Assembly (NCBI GenBank): GCA_033442325.1
Contig: JAWQFM010000011.1
Coordinates: forward strand, 269,131 to 333,130
From: Salpingoeca rosetta
Taxonomy: Eukaryota > Protista > Choanoflagellata
Direction: 5' to 3'
Length of the DNA: 64,000 bases
Shown piece by piece: positions 1 through 15,821 of this stretch (positions are counted from its first letter, which is position 1; each line of letters opens with the position of its first letter). The position numbers and the translations under genes are program-made. The notes beneath the pieces were generated by a model, which saw only the letters and a list, made by a program, of their open reading frames with translations, was not told the origin of the DNA and did not search any database.

Positions 1-139
1 TGTCTGTCTGTCTGTCGTTCTATCTGCATGTGTGTCTGCCTGCCTGTCTGTCTGTCTGTGTGTGGTGTGTGCAACAGTGCGTGCGCGTGCTTTATGACTG
101 GCACTGTCTCGCTGAGCATCGCTGTCTGCCTGCCTCACA

Positions 140-203
140 CCCTCATCGCTCGCCCCATGGCACATCACCACCACCAGCAAACCCATCAACCAAGGCAGCA
201 TCC
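140..203 (-). CDS. Possible signal-peptide-encoding first exon of a gene running off the left edge
   Basis: MLPWLMGLLVVVMCHGASDEG followed by a gtgagg donor-like site; no other support. Confidence 0.2.
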
Positions 204-777
204 TCAACACCAGCAACTTTATGGACTTTTCCTCAACCATCCGATAATCAGCATCGATTGCGACGTGTGTGGGTGTGTGTTGTGCGTTATGTGTGTGTGC
301 GTGTGTTGTTTGCGCTGCTGGTCAGTGCCATGGCTGTTGGTTCCTCTCATTTCAGGTGTCGTTGGTATGTGGTGGCGGTGGACGTTGCAGTCGTCTCGTG
401 ATTTCGCTTCATGTCATGCAGTTTCATGTCCGAGCACCATGAACAAGTAAACGCTTCCCGGAAACCATGAGTTGATTGACGCTTTCGCAGCAAGCATGGG
501 AATCGTGGAGTTGTGCCCCGGTCAGTGATTCATGAATCAATCGATCATCCATGCACGCTGTTGCTTTACTTGTTGGGTGAACCCCACAAACACACCCACA
601 CACACACACACAAACACAAACACACACACAAACTGCAAGCACTCGTACGCGCAAACACCACAAGGCAGCTCATAGGGACAAGCAAACAGGCAACCATGAC
701 ACGCGTACACACGCATTCATCATTGTACACAAGTACGCAATCATACATAGCACACATCACCACGCAAGCACGTGCAA

Positions 778-1869
778 TCAAGAGCGGAGGAGTGCCTCTT
801 GCAGCATGGAGGCAATGTGATCATACCCCCTCTCCTCTGCAACTTGAAGGGGCGTTGCTCCCTGGTAAAAAGACGGTCATGAAACGCGTTGGTGTTATGG
901 GGGGGGGGGGATGAAATCGCACATGCACCTGCTTTGCAAGCAAGTGTGTCGCGCAAGAGCAAAGTGCGTGCATCGCCCCATGCATCGTGTGTCATGCATG
1001 CTCGCCTGCTAAGGGGATGCAGCACAACAAAAGGTGATGCAGCCATCGTGCAAGCACAGGTTGCAAGTGCTGGTTGTGCAAGCAAGCGGATAAGCAAAAT
1101 CCCCGTCACTCACATCCGCTGCAGCAATGCTTGCGTCAGCGCCGTTGGAAAGCAGCAGCTCCACCATGGGTGCGGCGCCATTCATTGCTGCTACAAACAA
1201 CGGTGTGGCTTGTTGCTGTCCAGACACACACGCAGAGACACACGCACGCGCACGCACAGGTACGTACAAACACATGCATGCACGCTCAATCGTGAGGAAT
1301 GTTGTACATCAGGCTTTGACGCTCTGACAGACAGGCATAGCACGAGAAGTACATGCACGAAGCGTGCATGCATGCGCACTTGCACAAGAGTCAGCGACAC
1401 ACGCTTGCACCTACAGGGTAGGCGCTATCCATCGTGCGCCCACTCAGCAAGGCGTTAACGTTTGCGCCAAACGCAAGCAGCCAGTGAGCCACGCGTGGCA
1501 GGTGGTTCTCAGCAGCTTGATGCAGTGGTGTCAGCCCCTAGTTGCCGCCGAACCAAAACCAGTTGCATGCACAATTAGTTGCATGCACAGCCAGGTACAC
1601 GCAGAAATGTAAGCGAGCAACATCGTGTCAATGCGCATGAGACAATGGCAGTAGAGAAGGCATGTCCAGCAAGAACTTGCTCGAACATGAACACAGCACG
1701 CAGGCAGACACAGATGTTGGGACAGGGAAGGACAACAGCACAGGTGATGACGTACGCAACAACGCACATGCCCACCAAACAATTGACACACAAACGAGCA
1801 CAAGCAACAAACAGGAACCGCGTACGCAAGTACACCTGCGCACACACATGTGCGAAGCCAATACTAACA

Positions 1870-1903
<34 letters not shown>

Positions 1904-4900
1904 CAACACACACACACACACAACAAACAAACAAGCACACGCATCGACAGGCACGAAGACAGATGGGCTGTCTGCGCCATGCAATTGCAAGGCGTTTAAC
2001 ATACATGGATGTTGGTGACGTTGACCTCTGCACCAGTCTCCAGAAGCAGCTGTGCAATTGGAGCAAGCAGCACATCAACGCGCGTGCGTCGTGTTTCATC
2101 ATCCACAACTTCGCTCATGTTCCTATCATCGCTGTCATTGCTGCCTCCGCCATCGTTGCCGTTGCGCCCCCCGTCATCCTCGGAATTGTCATCAGTGGAG
2201 CTCGGGACACTCTCTTCGTTGCCTGTGTGTTCCATTTCCTGGTGTGGTCAAAACAAAACGGCACAAGGCGACGTGTGTGTGTAGGTGTGTGTGTGTGTGT
2301 ATGTGTGTGTGTGTGTGCAGATGCACATGTGAACGAAACAGTAGTTGCCACGTGAAACAGTCGTGCTGTGTGTGTGTGTCTTTGTGCGTGAGCACATCGG
2401 TGTTCGAGGGTGCACACAGACATGGACGTATGTGTATGTGTGTGTGTGTGATGTGTATGTGTATGTGTGTGTGTGTGCGGGTGCGCGCGTGTAGCGTCAA
2501 CACGCGCTGTTCCCTTCAACGACAACCGTGAAGGCGACATACACGAGCAAGCCAAGAAAGACTCTGTGTTGCAAAGCACACGCGGATTCTGTTCGCTGTG
2601 AGCCAAATGCTCATCATGTAGATTGCCGTGTCGGCTTGACGTACTTCTTCTCGGGGAGTGCGGGTGACAGGATCGCAGACAAACGAGAGGGGCGTCTCCC
2701 CCTTCAAGTTGACATGCAACGCCCGCAGGCACAGTCGCACAAGTCAGCACACGATCAGTACAGCTCACCCCCAGCCCTTCCACGTGCCCGCGCGCGTGCA
2801 TGTCATGTCTGGCACAACCATAAACAACATTGTGGTGTGGCGTCGTGTCATACCCTGCCACAACGCGTCACACCCTGTCACAATGCGTCATATGGCACAC
2901 CTCCTCCCCTGCTCTCACCCGGATCTCTGTGGCGTTCACGTCCGAGCCGCTCTGCACGAGAAAGCGGGCGATGCCCTCGTGTCCTTCTCCGCATGCATAG
3001 TGTAGAGGCGTTCGTTGCTGCAGATGCGCACGTGTACATGTACATGTGCATGTGTGTATGTGCATGTCAGTGCCTGTGCTTGCGTGTGTTGTGCGTGTAT
3101 TCCTGAAGTCCTTTGTGTGAATGTGTGCGCACTACTGAGGGCGGCCAAAGTCAACGCATTGGCCCAGGAAGAACACACCGTGTGGGTCCTTGCATTCACA
3201 TCAGCACCAGCTCCAACGAGAAAGTCGACCAAGTTGTCATGTCCTCGTGAGCAGGCAGTGTGCAGCGGCATCCAGCCCTGATGTGACGAACATGCACAGC
3301 ACGACAACACAGCAGCATGCACACATATGCAGCGCTTCCCGTGAGCGACACACACGCCAGTAAGACGAGCAAACCATTCAAACAAACGAACAACAAACAA
3401 GCAATCGCAGAGCGACGCAAGCGACGCAAGCGATGCAAGCCAAGACGCGCCCACGCTCAGGGAAGCAACGCTGCCTGCTCACAGCGCTCCCATCGCGCTC
3501 ACCACGGGTACACACGTATGTACCTCGAGGTTTGCTGCATGAATGTTGGCGCCGCGATCCACAAGGTAGCGAGCAAGCGTCTCGGCACCCAGAGCGCACG
3601 CTTCAGCCAGCGGTGTATCGCCCTGTGAACACACACACACACACATACAACAACCGCGCGCAATACCACATCATCACATGCGCATATGCATTCACATAAG
3701 TTTGCGTTGGCATGACACCGGCAAAACGACAACCTGTTACATAGCAACAACATCAGCAGCAATCAGCAACAAGCAACAAGCAGCAATCAGCAACAACTTG
3801 AACAGCAACAGATGCACGGGTCTTGTGCTGTGGAGACACATTCAAGAAGCTCCGACATGAAGTGGTGTCTCTCATCGCACCATATTGTCGGTCGTGTGAA
3901 TGTCAGCGCCCATTTCGCACAGAAGCTGCGCAATTTCTTCGTGCGCCCCCAGGCATGCGGAGTGCATTGTCGTGTGGCCCTAAGGTGTGCACGCCCACGA
4001 CGGAAGTGCCGAGCAGGCGAACACAAGCACGTGAGAGCATTTGGAATTGGTTGTGCGGTGAGGATAAAGGGAGAGAGTGGAGGAAGTGGGAAGTAGGTGG
4101 GCAGGAAAAAAGGGACAACTTTGCAAAGCTTGACAGAAAGGAGGCGTAGAGGCCAAGAGACGCGCGTGTACCTCGTCGTTGGTGACGTGGATGTCAGCGC
4201 CCCGTTCGCACAGGAGGCGCACAACGGCCTCATGCCCATCCCGGCAGGCGCTGTGCAACGGCGTGTCACCCTGAACACGCGTCATAGCAGAGCATGGCGC
4301 ATGCGGTGAGTGTCGTAATTCGTGCTCAGCAAACAGTGAGCGGGCAGCTGAGGGGCTTGTGCGACACGAAGTTGCGAGCGATCACACGAATGATTGCGTG
4401 CAATACATGCTTACGCATGCCCAGGTGTGCTTGCGCTATGTCACGCACATCGATGTTGAGCGCGTGCACGTCTGCTCCGTGGTCCAGCAGCATGCGAGCA
4501 ATTTCTTCCTGGCCATGGGAACAAGCCAAGTGGAGCGGAGAATCGCCCTGTGTAACACCATCCAGAATGCCACAATAAGCACGAGCTCTCAGGTATGGGC
4601 AGTCGTGGTGTTGTTGCTGTTACTATGATTGCGGTGGTAAAGGTGGTGGTGGTGGTGGTGGCGGCGGTGCTCCTGCCCCTGCTTGTGATGGTGGTGGTGG
4701 TGATGGTGGTGGTGGTGCAACCTACATCAACTCCGGGAACATTAACGTCGGCGCCCGCGCTGATGAGGAGCCGTGCAAGTGCTTCGCGGCCATTGGAGAC
4801 CACGGGAGCCAACGGCACCAAACCCTGTGTTTTGTGTGGAACAAACACGCAAGTGGTGCATTGGGAGCATGAACGGTGCGAAGGCGGTCAGAGTGATGCA

Positions 4901-6129
4901 AACAAGCGAGCATGCATGCAAACACACACCCAAGCATGCACGCGAACACACACGAAAGCATGTACACGAAAACATGCTGGTCATGTGTTCTGACATCGTG
5001 GTCGGCGGCGTTTACATCAGCGCCTCTTTCAAGGAGCATCCGTGCAGCCGTTTCGTGGCCCCCATCACACGCATAATGCAGCGCCGTGTTTCCCTGTGTG
5101 AATCACAATCAAGAATACAATGAGCGCGAGTAAAGAAAGCTCACTGCCAGCAAGCGAGTGAGCAAGCGCATGCAACCAACGCCACATCCCTTGCTTGTTG
5201 TTTGCTGTGGTTGCATTGATGGCACAATGTTTGGGGGTTTTCACCACGTACAAGAAAGTCGATGATCGTGACATCGGCACCCCTCTCAAGGAGGAAGTGG
5301 ATGATTGAGTCGTGGCCATGCCAGCACGCGAGAAACAGCGCGGTTGAACCCTGTTGAGGTGCAAAGCGTTTCGCAGCACAATACACGCATGCATGCGCTT
5401 GTGACGAACTGGATAAGGCCCTCGAGATTACCACGCTTGGCGCAGTCCGCACGCACCAACATAACCGTTCAAACGTCCCAGCCAATACGCTCCACGAATA
5501 CAAGCACGCACATACAAGCATACAAAGACGTGAACACACAAGCAGACAAACATACAAAGATGCAATCATACGTGCACACGAACACACAAACATGCACGCT
5601 CTCTCCTTGCACACCTCTTGATCGATGGCGTTGACATCTACACCAAACTCAAAGAGCAGCGACACCAACGGCAGCTGGTTGACGATGCAGGCGACGAACA
5701 TCGCATCGAAAGGCTACATTTGTGTGTGTGTGTGTGTATGTGTGTGTGTGCATGTGCGAGGTGGTTAGCATGTGCACCACATCCATCATGTCAGTGTAAG
5801 TCCTATGTGGCTGAGGCAAGCAAAGCATGTGAGTTGTTCTACTGCTTGGTGAGGTACTTTTATCATGGACATGGTAAATGGAGTGGCGATGAGGCTCTTG
5901 ATTCCTGATCAGCCAAGCCGTCTCTCCACCAGCTAGAAACGCGCGTTCAAGACTTCAAGTTCTGTACATACCCTGCTGACTTTGAGGTGGGCGCCATTTT
6001 GCAGCAGAAAGCGCGCTGCCTCTTCGTGCCCGTTCTTCACTGCTGTGTACAGCGGTGTGATCAACTGTACACGCAGCATGACAGCACGTAGGGTGCAAAC
6101 ACGAGTGGGATAAGCGCGTGGGTTCACGT

Positions 6130-6219
<90 letters not shown>

Positions 6220-8733
6220 GTGTGGGTGTGTGTGGGTGGGTGGGTGTGGGTGTGTATGTGGTTGTTTTTTTGTAAGCGTGTGCTCACGTGTGAAAAAGGG
6301 TGTGCTGTGAGAGGGTGAGCCAAGGGTAATAACACACGAGACACTTCGTGTGTGCACTCATACAGTACAAACACAACCTGACAGCAGCTAGGCATGCTCA
6401 TGACACTCACGTCCGTGCCGACCGCAGCATTGACGTCAGCGCCGTTCTGAAGCAGGAACCGCATCATCTCCACATGACCGCGGCGGGCGCTCGAATGCAA
6501 GGCGGTGTTTGCCTGTAACGGTACACGCCCGCGCATGAGAACTACACGCTCGGCACAGCCCGTTGACCAGTAACAACACACACACACACACATGCACGCG
6601 CACGAGCAGCGTACACCTTCGCATCCGCAGGAACAACAAACACACATGCGCGCGCGCAAACCACACCCTTTCTTGTTTGTACGTCTTTGCACGCAAACAC
6701 GGGCTGGACCGGTTCTCAGAGCACCAGGCAATGAATGCAAGAGCGGCCGCGGCTTGCTGATGCGTACCTTGCTCTCTTTGTTCACGTCCACGCCGTGTGC
6801 CACGAGCAGTTGCGCCGTAGCAAGGTGGTTCGAGATGGACGCCAAAATCAGGGGCGTGGAGCCCTGTTGCCAACGTACAATGTGTCATGCGAAATTATGG
6901 TGAGATGGGCGGCAGGGAAGACAGTCCACCAAGCAAACGATGTGAGTTGAGAAGCATGTCTGGTCAAAACTTCCATCCCCCTCCCCCAAAGAGATACTCG
7001 ATCAAGGCGACTGACAGGCGCTACGCAACGCTTTCTGTTCATTTACGCACCAAATCGGACGATTCGTCCGCAGCAGCACCGCACTTCAGAAGCGCTTGCA
7101 CAATTCGCTCGTGTCGGTTGTAGCAAGCGGCGTGGATTGGCAAGCTCCCCTGTCAAAGCAAGGGGAAGAAAGAGAGTAGAAGGAGCACCAAACAGCACAA
7201 CACCGTGTGCGAGCATGAGTACTGCGTGCATGTGTGTTAGTGTGTTTGTCAGTGTGCGAGTGTGTATGTGTGTGTATTGTCATGTCGTTGCGTCGAGTGT
7301 GCTCAAATCAACTGGATGTGCCACATTTGTGTGTGTTGCCCAGTGAGTGGTGACGAAACAAACCAGATGGTTCTTCAGGTTGACGTTGGCGCCGTGCTCA
7401 ACAAGGAAGTGAACAATCTCCTCTCGGCCTTGAAAAGCCGCAATAAAGATAGGCGTCTCCCGCTGGCGAGTGAAACGACAGTGCACGCACGTGCCATCAC
7501 CAAGTCCATGTGAGCGCATAAGTGAGAGCGTCAATATTGCGCCACGCAGCAAAAACAAACGCAGAGCCCGTAACACCATTGGACATGCTGGGCTCCGGTG
7601 TGATGGGGAGCAGCTTTGTTGCTGGCCAAGCGACGGCACAGCGCAAGCAAACTACAACGGACGTGCATGGCACACAGACACACACACACATGCACACATG
7701 CACACATGCACAGATACATGAAGCCCACGCACACCCACGTATGTGAACGTGCACACACACTCTCTCTCGCACACTCTCTCTGCCTTCTTAAAGACATACA
7801 TGGCGTGTTGTGAGTAGGTTGACGTCAACGGCATGCTCGACAATCAGCAGTTGCACAATTGGCAAGTGCCCAGCGGAGCAAGCCACATGAAGTGGTGTCC
7901 AGCCCTGCGCAATGAACACAACAAGCATGTGTGAGTGAACCGATCATACACGTACAAACACAATAAGAACGTGGGCCTCGACCGTGTGGCCAGAGCGTCT
8001 TCCATCCAGGCCTCTCCTCCAGTTGGGCTTGGGGTGCATGCGCACAAAACGAGACACAGTCAGAGAGAGAGAGAGAGACGGGGAGAGAGAGAGAGCGCGC
8101 GCGCGCAACGGCACGTTTCTGTTCGTCTGTCTGAAGAACCAACCTTGTTGTTGCTGGCGAGGATTGTAGCACCACGTTCAATGAGGTCGCGAGCAATGGC
8201 TTCGTTGCCGTTTCTGGCTGCAAGATGGAGCGGCGTGGACCGCTGACCAGTGGTGTGCGTGCGTGTGCGCGTGTGTGTGCGTGTGCGTGTGTGCATGAAT
8301 GCGTGTGTTTGTGGGTAATTGACCGTTGGGCACAAAAAGGGCAAGTGGATGATAAGGGGATGAGTTGGTGGCGTGCGTGAGTGTCAGTGTGCCAATGTGC
8401 TCAATGTGGTGTGACAGAGTACACATGAGCGTGCACATGGCTGGTGGTTGGTGTGCAATGCAGCACGACTACATGATCGTTGTACACAAGGACGGAAAAC
8501 GTGCAAACCACACCCGCACACCAGTGCCACACACCCGCTGCTCAGCATGCGCCCTTGGACCATGTGGCAGCCTTGTCACGACACAAACACAGAGAGAGAG
8601 AGAGAGAAACACACTGGCATGAACCATGACTCACCCCTCTGCTCGTCACGTTGAGATCTGCGCCAGACTCCAGCAACAGTTGCACAACCGCTCCATGCTC
8701 ACCCTCCGTCGCACAGTGCAACGCTGCTAAACC
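778..8733 (-). CDS. Multi-exon ankyrin-repeat protein (about 21 ANK repeats); 5' end uncertain, may extend to about 9.1 kb
   Basis: Series of phase-0 GT-AG exons of about 99 nt, each one ANK repeat: 8635-8733 GLAALHCATEGEHGAVVQLLLESGADLN, 8144-8242 RSTPLHLAARNGNEAIARDLIERGA, 7364-7462 RETPIFIAAFQGREEIVHFLVEHGANVN, 4449-4547 GDSPLHLACSHGQEEIARMLLDHGADVH, 4172-4270 GDTPLHSACRDGHEAVVRLLCERGADIH, 3881-3979 and others. Terminal exon 778-861 GATPLQVAEERGYDHIASMLQEALLRS*. Confidence 0.9.
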
Positions 8734-9532
8734 CTACCACGACCATGGAAGGAGACAAGCATCGATCGCATGAATGGAAGTCGCTCAGTGAAGATGTAGA
8801 TGACGCGATCGTGGCCAGTAGAACCAGACCGTTGCCCTGACCGGTGATATTCACACAGGCATGCATACAGGCGCAGAGGCAATGGAACGAATGGACAAGT
8901 GGTGCTGTGGTGGTCTTACTTTGCTGTTGCGCTGGTCGAGCTGTTCGTTGGAGTGCAGCGTGCATTGGTTCTGCACGGTGGCAAGGTCGCCTGTGAGGCA
9001 CGCATTACAGAACAGCTCCACATCCATCGTTCAATGTGCTCCTGTGGCGTGCTCAAGCGGCATGGGAATGAAAGGGACGTGTTCTTCTGGCCGTTGTTGC
9101 TGCTGTCGTTGTTGTCGTTGATGCTCCTGCTCATGAGATGGCCGAAGATGCACCCGCCTCCCTGCTACACGCGGAAATGAAGAAATGAGAGTGCACGTCT
9201 TCCACCCTGGCAGCGCGGAGCCATCATCAGTGAGAGGGGGGGCAGAATCCCAGTGGCGAAACCGAGTGGGGTTCCACAGCCGCATGCTGGCATGGTTATC
9301 CAACATGGCTTGACCTTCGCCTCCCCATCGCCACCGTGCTTGTGCTGTTGTGGTTGCATTTGTGACTCGGAAGTGAGGAATTCCGCTCCGCTCCCACCCA
9401 TACAAAAGAAACCGCGAAACTGTTTTGTTTAAATTATGGTGTTAAGGGTGAGTCTTGGTGCGATGACGTCATCCCTGCGTGTGTGTGTGTGTGTGTGTGT
9501 GTGTCTCTGTGTGTGTGTCTGTGTGTGTGTGT

Positions 9533-9635
9533 CTGTGTGTGCAGGCTCAGTTTGGGGTCTGTGTGTGTGTCAGTGTGTGCAGGCTCAGTTTGGGGTCTGT
9601 GTGTGTGTCAGTGTGTGCAGGCTCAGTTTGGGTGT
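9533..9635. repeat. Tandem repeat of about 39 bp, 3 copies (tgtgtgcaggctcagtttgggg...)
   Basis: Three near-identical units separated by short GT runs. Confidence 0.8.
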
Positions 9636-9798
9636 CTCTGTTGTTGTAATGTACTACTGATAAGCGATCTGTCCAACACGAGCTGAGAGCGAAAGCTAAC
9701 ACGAACAAATAGACAAGCATACGCACGCATGCACACACGCACGCACGCACACATAAGCGCACGCTCCAGCAAACGTGACACACACACACACAGAGCAT

Positions 9799-11521
9799 CT
9801 ACCACGCCTCAAACTGGGGCATGATGGTTGCCTCGACGCGGTGGTACTTGGTGAAGAAAAGCTGCTCATTGGAGGGCAGCAACACAACTGCGTCCGCCGC
9901 CACACTATCCTCCCCCTGCTCCTGTTCCCGCACTTGTTTCTGCTGTTCAGGCCCTTGCTTCTGCTTCTGTTGTTCTCGTTCAGCATCAAGTGCATCGAGA
10001 AGAGTGGCCACGCGCTCATCGTCCCACGCATTCTTTGCCCTGCAAGTAACACATTGACGTTAAGTGTGAGGCGACGGCACGCCAGTGAGCAAGAAGACAA
10101 CCAACATGCACACACGCAACATGCACACGCACACACAGGAAAGCACACAGACACACACACACACACACGCGAAAGCACACACACACACACACACACGAAA
10201 CCACACACATACACACGAAAGCACACACACATATACACACGAAAGCACACACACATATACACACGAAAGCACACACACACACCGACAGTGCGCTCTGAAT
10301 GCACAAGCAATGCATGCCCAGGGCTACGTACGGAACAGCGTGGTACTGACGAGCCACGAGCGTGGGCGTGACGTCCTTCATGGTTGGGTCGGCGTGGCGA
10401 ATCTGTCCACCACCGTTGACACATCCTTTTGGACACGCCATGATCTCAACGTATTGATACGGACACTTGTTGCGCTTCACCCTGCGGATGATGTTCTGGA
10501 TGTTGCGGAAGCCGTACGCCTGCCGTGTACACGTGTGCAATTGAGAGGCAGTGAATGTGAGTATGTGTGAGTATGTGCGAGTGAATGTGTGTGAATGTGT
10601 GTGTGTGTGTGTGCAAATGAGTGTGCAAATAAGTGTGCGAGTGAGTATGTGTGCAAATGAGTGTGAGTGTTGGGTGGAGAACGTGTGTGCACACGTGCAA
10701 ATTCTCGCCCATGCACATGTTTGTGCGCATGAGACAGCAAATCGCGCGGCACGGCTCGTGTGTGACATATGTACCGACATCGCATTCGATCATGACGCAC
10801 CGTGGCCATCTTCAGAACGGGTTTGCCGTCAACGCAAACCTGCGTGTCTTTGTAGTCCTCGCCCCTTCGTGAGACCATCTCCACTTCGCTCATCTCCACG
10901 CCATGCAGCTCACGCGCCGCGTACAGCAGCACGTGGTGCAGATAGCCGCCCTGCACATGCAAGCAAGCAACCGTGAGTTGGGTTGGTGGATCATCCCACA
11001 AACAGAGGAGTGTTGTGTGTGTGTGTGTATGTGCGTGCGTGTGTGCGTGTGTGCGTGTGTGCGTGTGTGCGCGTGTGTGCGTGTGAGTGTGTGCGTGCGT
11101 GTGTGCGTGTGTATGTGTGTGTGTATGTGTGTATGTATGTGTATGCTTGTCGATTCAACTTACAGAGCCGCTGCCAACGTGTCCAACAACTTGATCGAAA
11201 TGGCCTGGTCGAAGTACACTGAGAGGAGCAGTTCCAGATTCCAGCCACCACGCAAAGTCAGACGAGGCGCGCAAATTGAGCAAAGCACAAAACACACACA
11301 TACACGCACGCAGATAGACAAAACACATGCACACGCACAACACATGTACGCACACTCATGCACACGAGGTCACTGAAAAGGGGGGTTGTGCGACATTGTG
11401 CGTGAGTTGCACACACACACACACACACCTGTCGAGCTGTCCCATTTCAACGTCGTTCAGTCGCAGCTTTCGTTCCTCCAACATCGTTTCCACCTCATCT
11501 GTTGGATACACGTGAAGCAGG

Positions 11522-11564
<43 letters not shown>

Positions 11565-14351
11565 CATGCGTGTGTGCGTGCGTGTACGTGGGTGACAGCG
11601 TGAGTGACAGCGTGAGAGAGTGAGAGAGAGTACATGAGTATATGTGTATGTGTGTTCAAGTATTTTCAGCAGTAATGTACACTTATGTGCATGTGTGTGT
11701 GTGTGTGCGCGTATCGGGCAATGCAGGCGAGACACGACGTACGTGAGACGATGACGCAATCAACGTCACGCGTGCGATAAATGTCGGAATAAAAGTCCTG
11801 CCGAGACGCTTCGAGCTTCTTGTCAAAGCACGGCATCACAGCGACCATGAACACATCCTGTGGCCTATTCGCACATGAGGGCGTGTGCGCGTGTGAGCGT
11901 GAGGGCGCGGGCGTGTGAGCACATGTGTGGGCACGCCCAAAGTGGACACATGTGCGAGCCAAATGAACTTAAAACTTGCTATTTCACACCTCCCTCCAAC
12001 GCATGTCACTCACTTGACGCCGAGCTGGGGTGCAAAGTGGTACTTTACGAGCGCCCCCATAATCTGCTGTGGAGACTTGACTTTGCTGCAAGAAGTGGTG
12101 TGCATGTGCGCGATGTACGATTGAGTGGGTGCGTTTCAAGGCAACTTGGCAGATGCAAGCACCGCAAGACGAGAACGTATGCAATGCTGCATTCACCCAA
12201 CCCTTGTTCGCACGTTCACACACACACATACACACACATACACACACACATACACACACATACACACGCACATATATATATATATATATGTACACACACA
12301 CGCATAAACAATGGACGCGCACCTGATGAAAGGCAGAGCCTCTGGGTGCGTCTTCTCTGCGTAGCAGATCCAACCGGGGCAGGACGACGCCAACACGGGC
12401 ACAGGAGAACCTTCCATGGGATTCCGCACGCGCGAAACAAGCTCACGCGCACTGGTACACGCGCACATGATGCGTGTGTGTGCGCGCGTGCGCGTGTATG
12501 TATGTATGTATGTATGTATGTATGTATGTATGTATGTATGTATGTATGTATGTATGTATGTATGTATGTATGTGTGTGTGTGCGTGTGTGAGTTTGTGCA
12601 TGAACGCTTCCGTACAGTGTGCGTGCGTGTGTGAGTTTGTGCATGAACGCTTCCGTACAGTGTGTGTGTGTGTACGAAACATGAGCGACCTCAAGCACTC
12701 GTGTCTCTCTCACCTTTCGCGGAGTGCAATGGAGCGACCAACAGTGACATCAAAGACGTAATCCACGCCTGTCCGACCAAGGGACGCAGCGTTAGCATGG
12801 ACCAGGAAAGCAGCGAACGCGTTGGACACATGCACACACACACACATATGCGTCCACGAACAACTGCACACATTATACACGCACATGCACCCTCACACCA
12901 ACGACACCAACGACAACAACAACAACAGAAGTGGCACTGTCAGCCGTGTCAGTAGGGACAGGTCCCCTTGCATGGCTGCTCACCAATGGACTTGAAGAAG
13001 GTGACCAGCCGCTGACATGCCTGTTGCGCGGTGGGTGGGTTTGTTGGATGACAAGACAATGTGGTCGCAAGACAAGGCAATTAGTGTGATGCGTACACTC
13101 GCGGGTGAGGGGCAAACCGCAAGCAAAACAGCAAGGCACAAGCGAACAAGCGCAGTGAGCAGTCCGCAGTTGCGCGTTCGCAGCTGGTACCTCCACAGCA
13201 GAAATGTCAAACCGAACAGCCAAGGAGGCGTAGCTCTGCTGGGAAATGCACACGCACACCAGCGAGCCCTCCTGTCACCATCACAACGACCATGTGTGCA
13301 CATGGTGAGCTCAGTGACGGAGGAGACGCACCAGCAGCCCATGTGACGCACCGCGCCGCGTGCACTCAAACAGGCATGTGTGTGTGTGTGTGCACACGCG
13401 CACAACCACAATTACGCACGCACACAAGCATGAACACATGCCCACATGCACAAATACGCACGCACAGATGTGCACCTTCTTGTTCTGTACTGCATTCTCC
13501 AGCTCCTTGTGGTTCTGCTTCTCAATCAGGACACTCTCTGCGGACGTGACGCAGCCGCTGCACCAAATACATGGCCGCCATGATTGTGACAACGATGAGC
13601 ATGGAGAAAGATGCAACCACAGGCACAGAGATAGACAACAGAGATAGACACAGAGATAGACGCATGCACAGACAAACGCAGACACAGACGCAGACGCAGG
13701 CACAGACGCAGACGCAGGCACAGACGCAGACGCATGCACAGACAGGTAGATGTGGAACGTCAACCCGCACACGTATGAGAGGAGCATGGGCACACCTGCA
13801 CGCGAGACAGTCATTGAGGGTGATCTTGGCCTTCTCCAGCTTCACTTTCGTGCCATCCTATGATCGGAGGTACGATACGTGGTGAGGTGCACAAAGTTAT
13901 GACGCGCGGCACACACACGACACACACGACACTCACGACACTCACGACACACACACACACACACACGACACACACGACACACACGACACACACGGCACAC
14001 ACGACACACACGACACACACACACACGACACGCACACACACACACACACAGCAAGTTCACATTGCGAACCTCTTTGAGCTGCATGTAGCTGCCATCCGGT
14101 TCAATGGCAATCTTGGCAGGCTGACGTGGTCATGCATGACGAGGAGCAGGAGATGGAATGCGTGAATGGGTGCACCAATGAAAATCGAGCCAGACACACA
14201 CACGCACACATGCACATGTATCACATATGCACACACATGCACATGCACACACCTTTCCTTCTTCGCGCTGAACCTCGACCGGCTTGATGCATGCCTGCCC
14301 CGGCGTGATGAAGTCGTTCAAGTCGCTCAGCTGCACCCTCCCGCTTGACAT
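9799..14351 (-). CDS. NARFL: Cytosolic Fe-S assembly factor NARFL/Nar1 (CIAO3), Fe-only hydrogenase-like; about 15 exons
   Basis: Exons encode [35 protein letters not shown]|[66 protein letters not shown] and [17 protein letters not shown]. The protein ends in the family's C-terminal Trp (PQFEAW*). Confidence 0.95.
12496..12572. repeat. (TATG)n microsatellite in a NARFL intron
   Basis: Directly visible tetranucleotide run. Confidence 0.95.
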
Positions 14352-14526
14352 CGTGCTTGACTCTGCCTCTGGCTCTGCACCCGTAACACGTGCCTTGTCG
14401 TCGCAGTCGATCACAACTCGCACAGCAGCAGCCCACAGCAGCATGCAACGTGCAGTCCGCAAAGTCCTTCCTCTGCGTGTGCGTGTTTTTGACGATTTTC
14501 AGTCGAGTGTGTCTTGCTTGGTGTTG
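14352..14526. promoter_or_regulatory. Probable bidirectional promoter between NARFL and the C22orf39-like gene
   Basis: Divergent ATGs only about 175 bp apart. Confidence 0.6.
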
Positions 14527-15610
<1,084 letters not shown>

Positions 15611-15762
15611 GAGCCAGCAAACCAAAGCAGCAAACAAGACGCCAAGCAGGCATGATGTGGACGTCACATCACCTCAAAGTTGTGCACAAGACGAAGAGGG
15701 TATTCAATGGCAGACGTGTGGACATGAATGTGTTTCTGCGTCTGTCTGTCTGTGTGCGTCTG

Positions 15763-15821
<59 letters not shown>

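Noticed and set aside
7510-7615. Possible extra ankyrin exon
   Set aside because: No TPLH-like motif or clean phase-0 splice sites in any frame.
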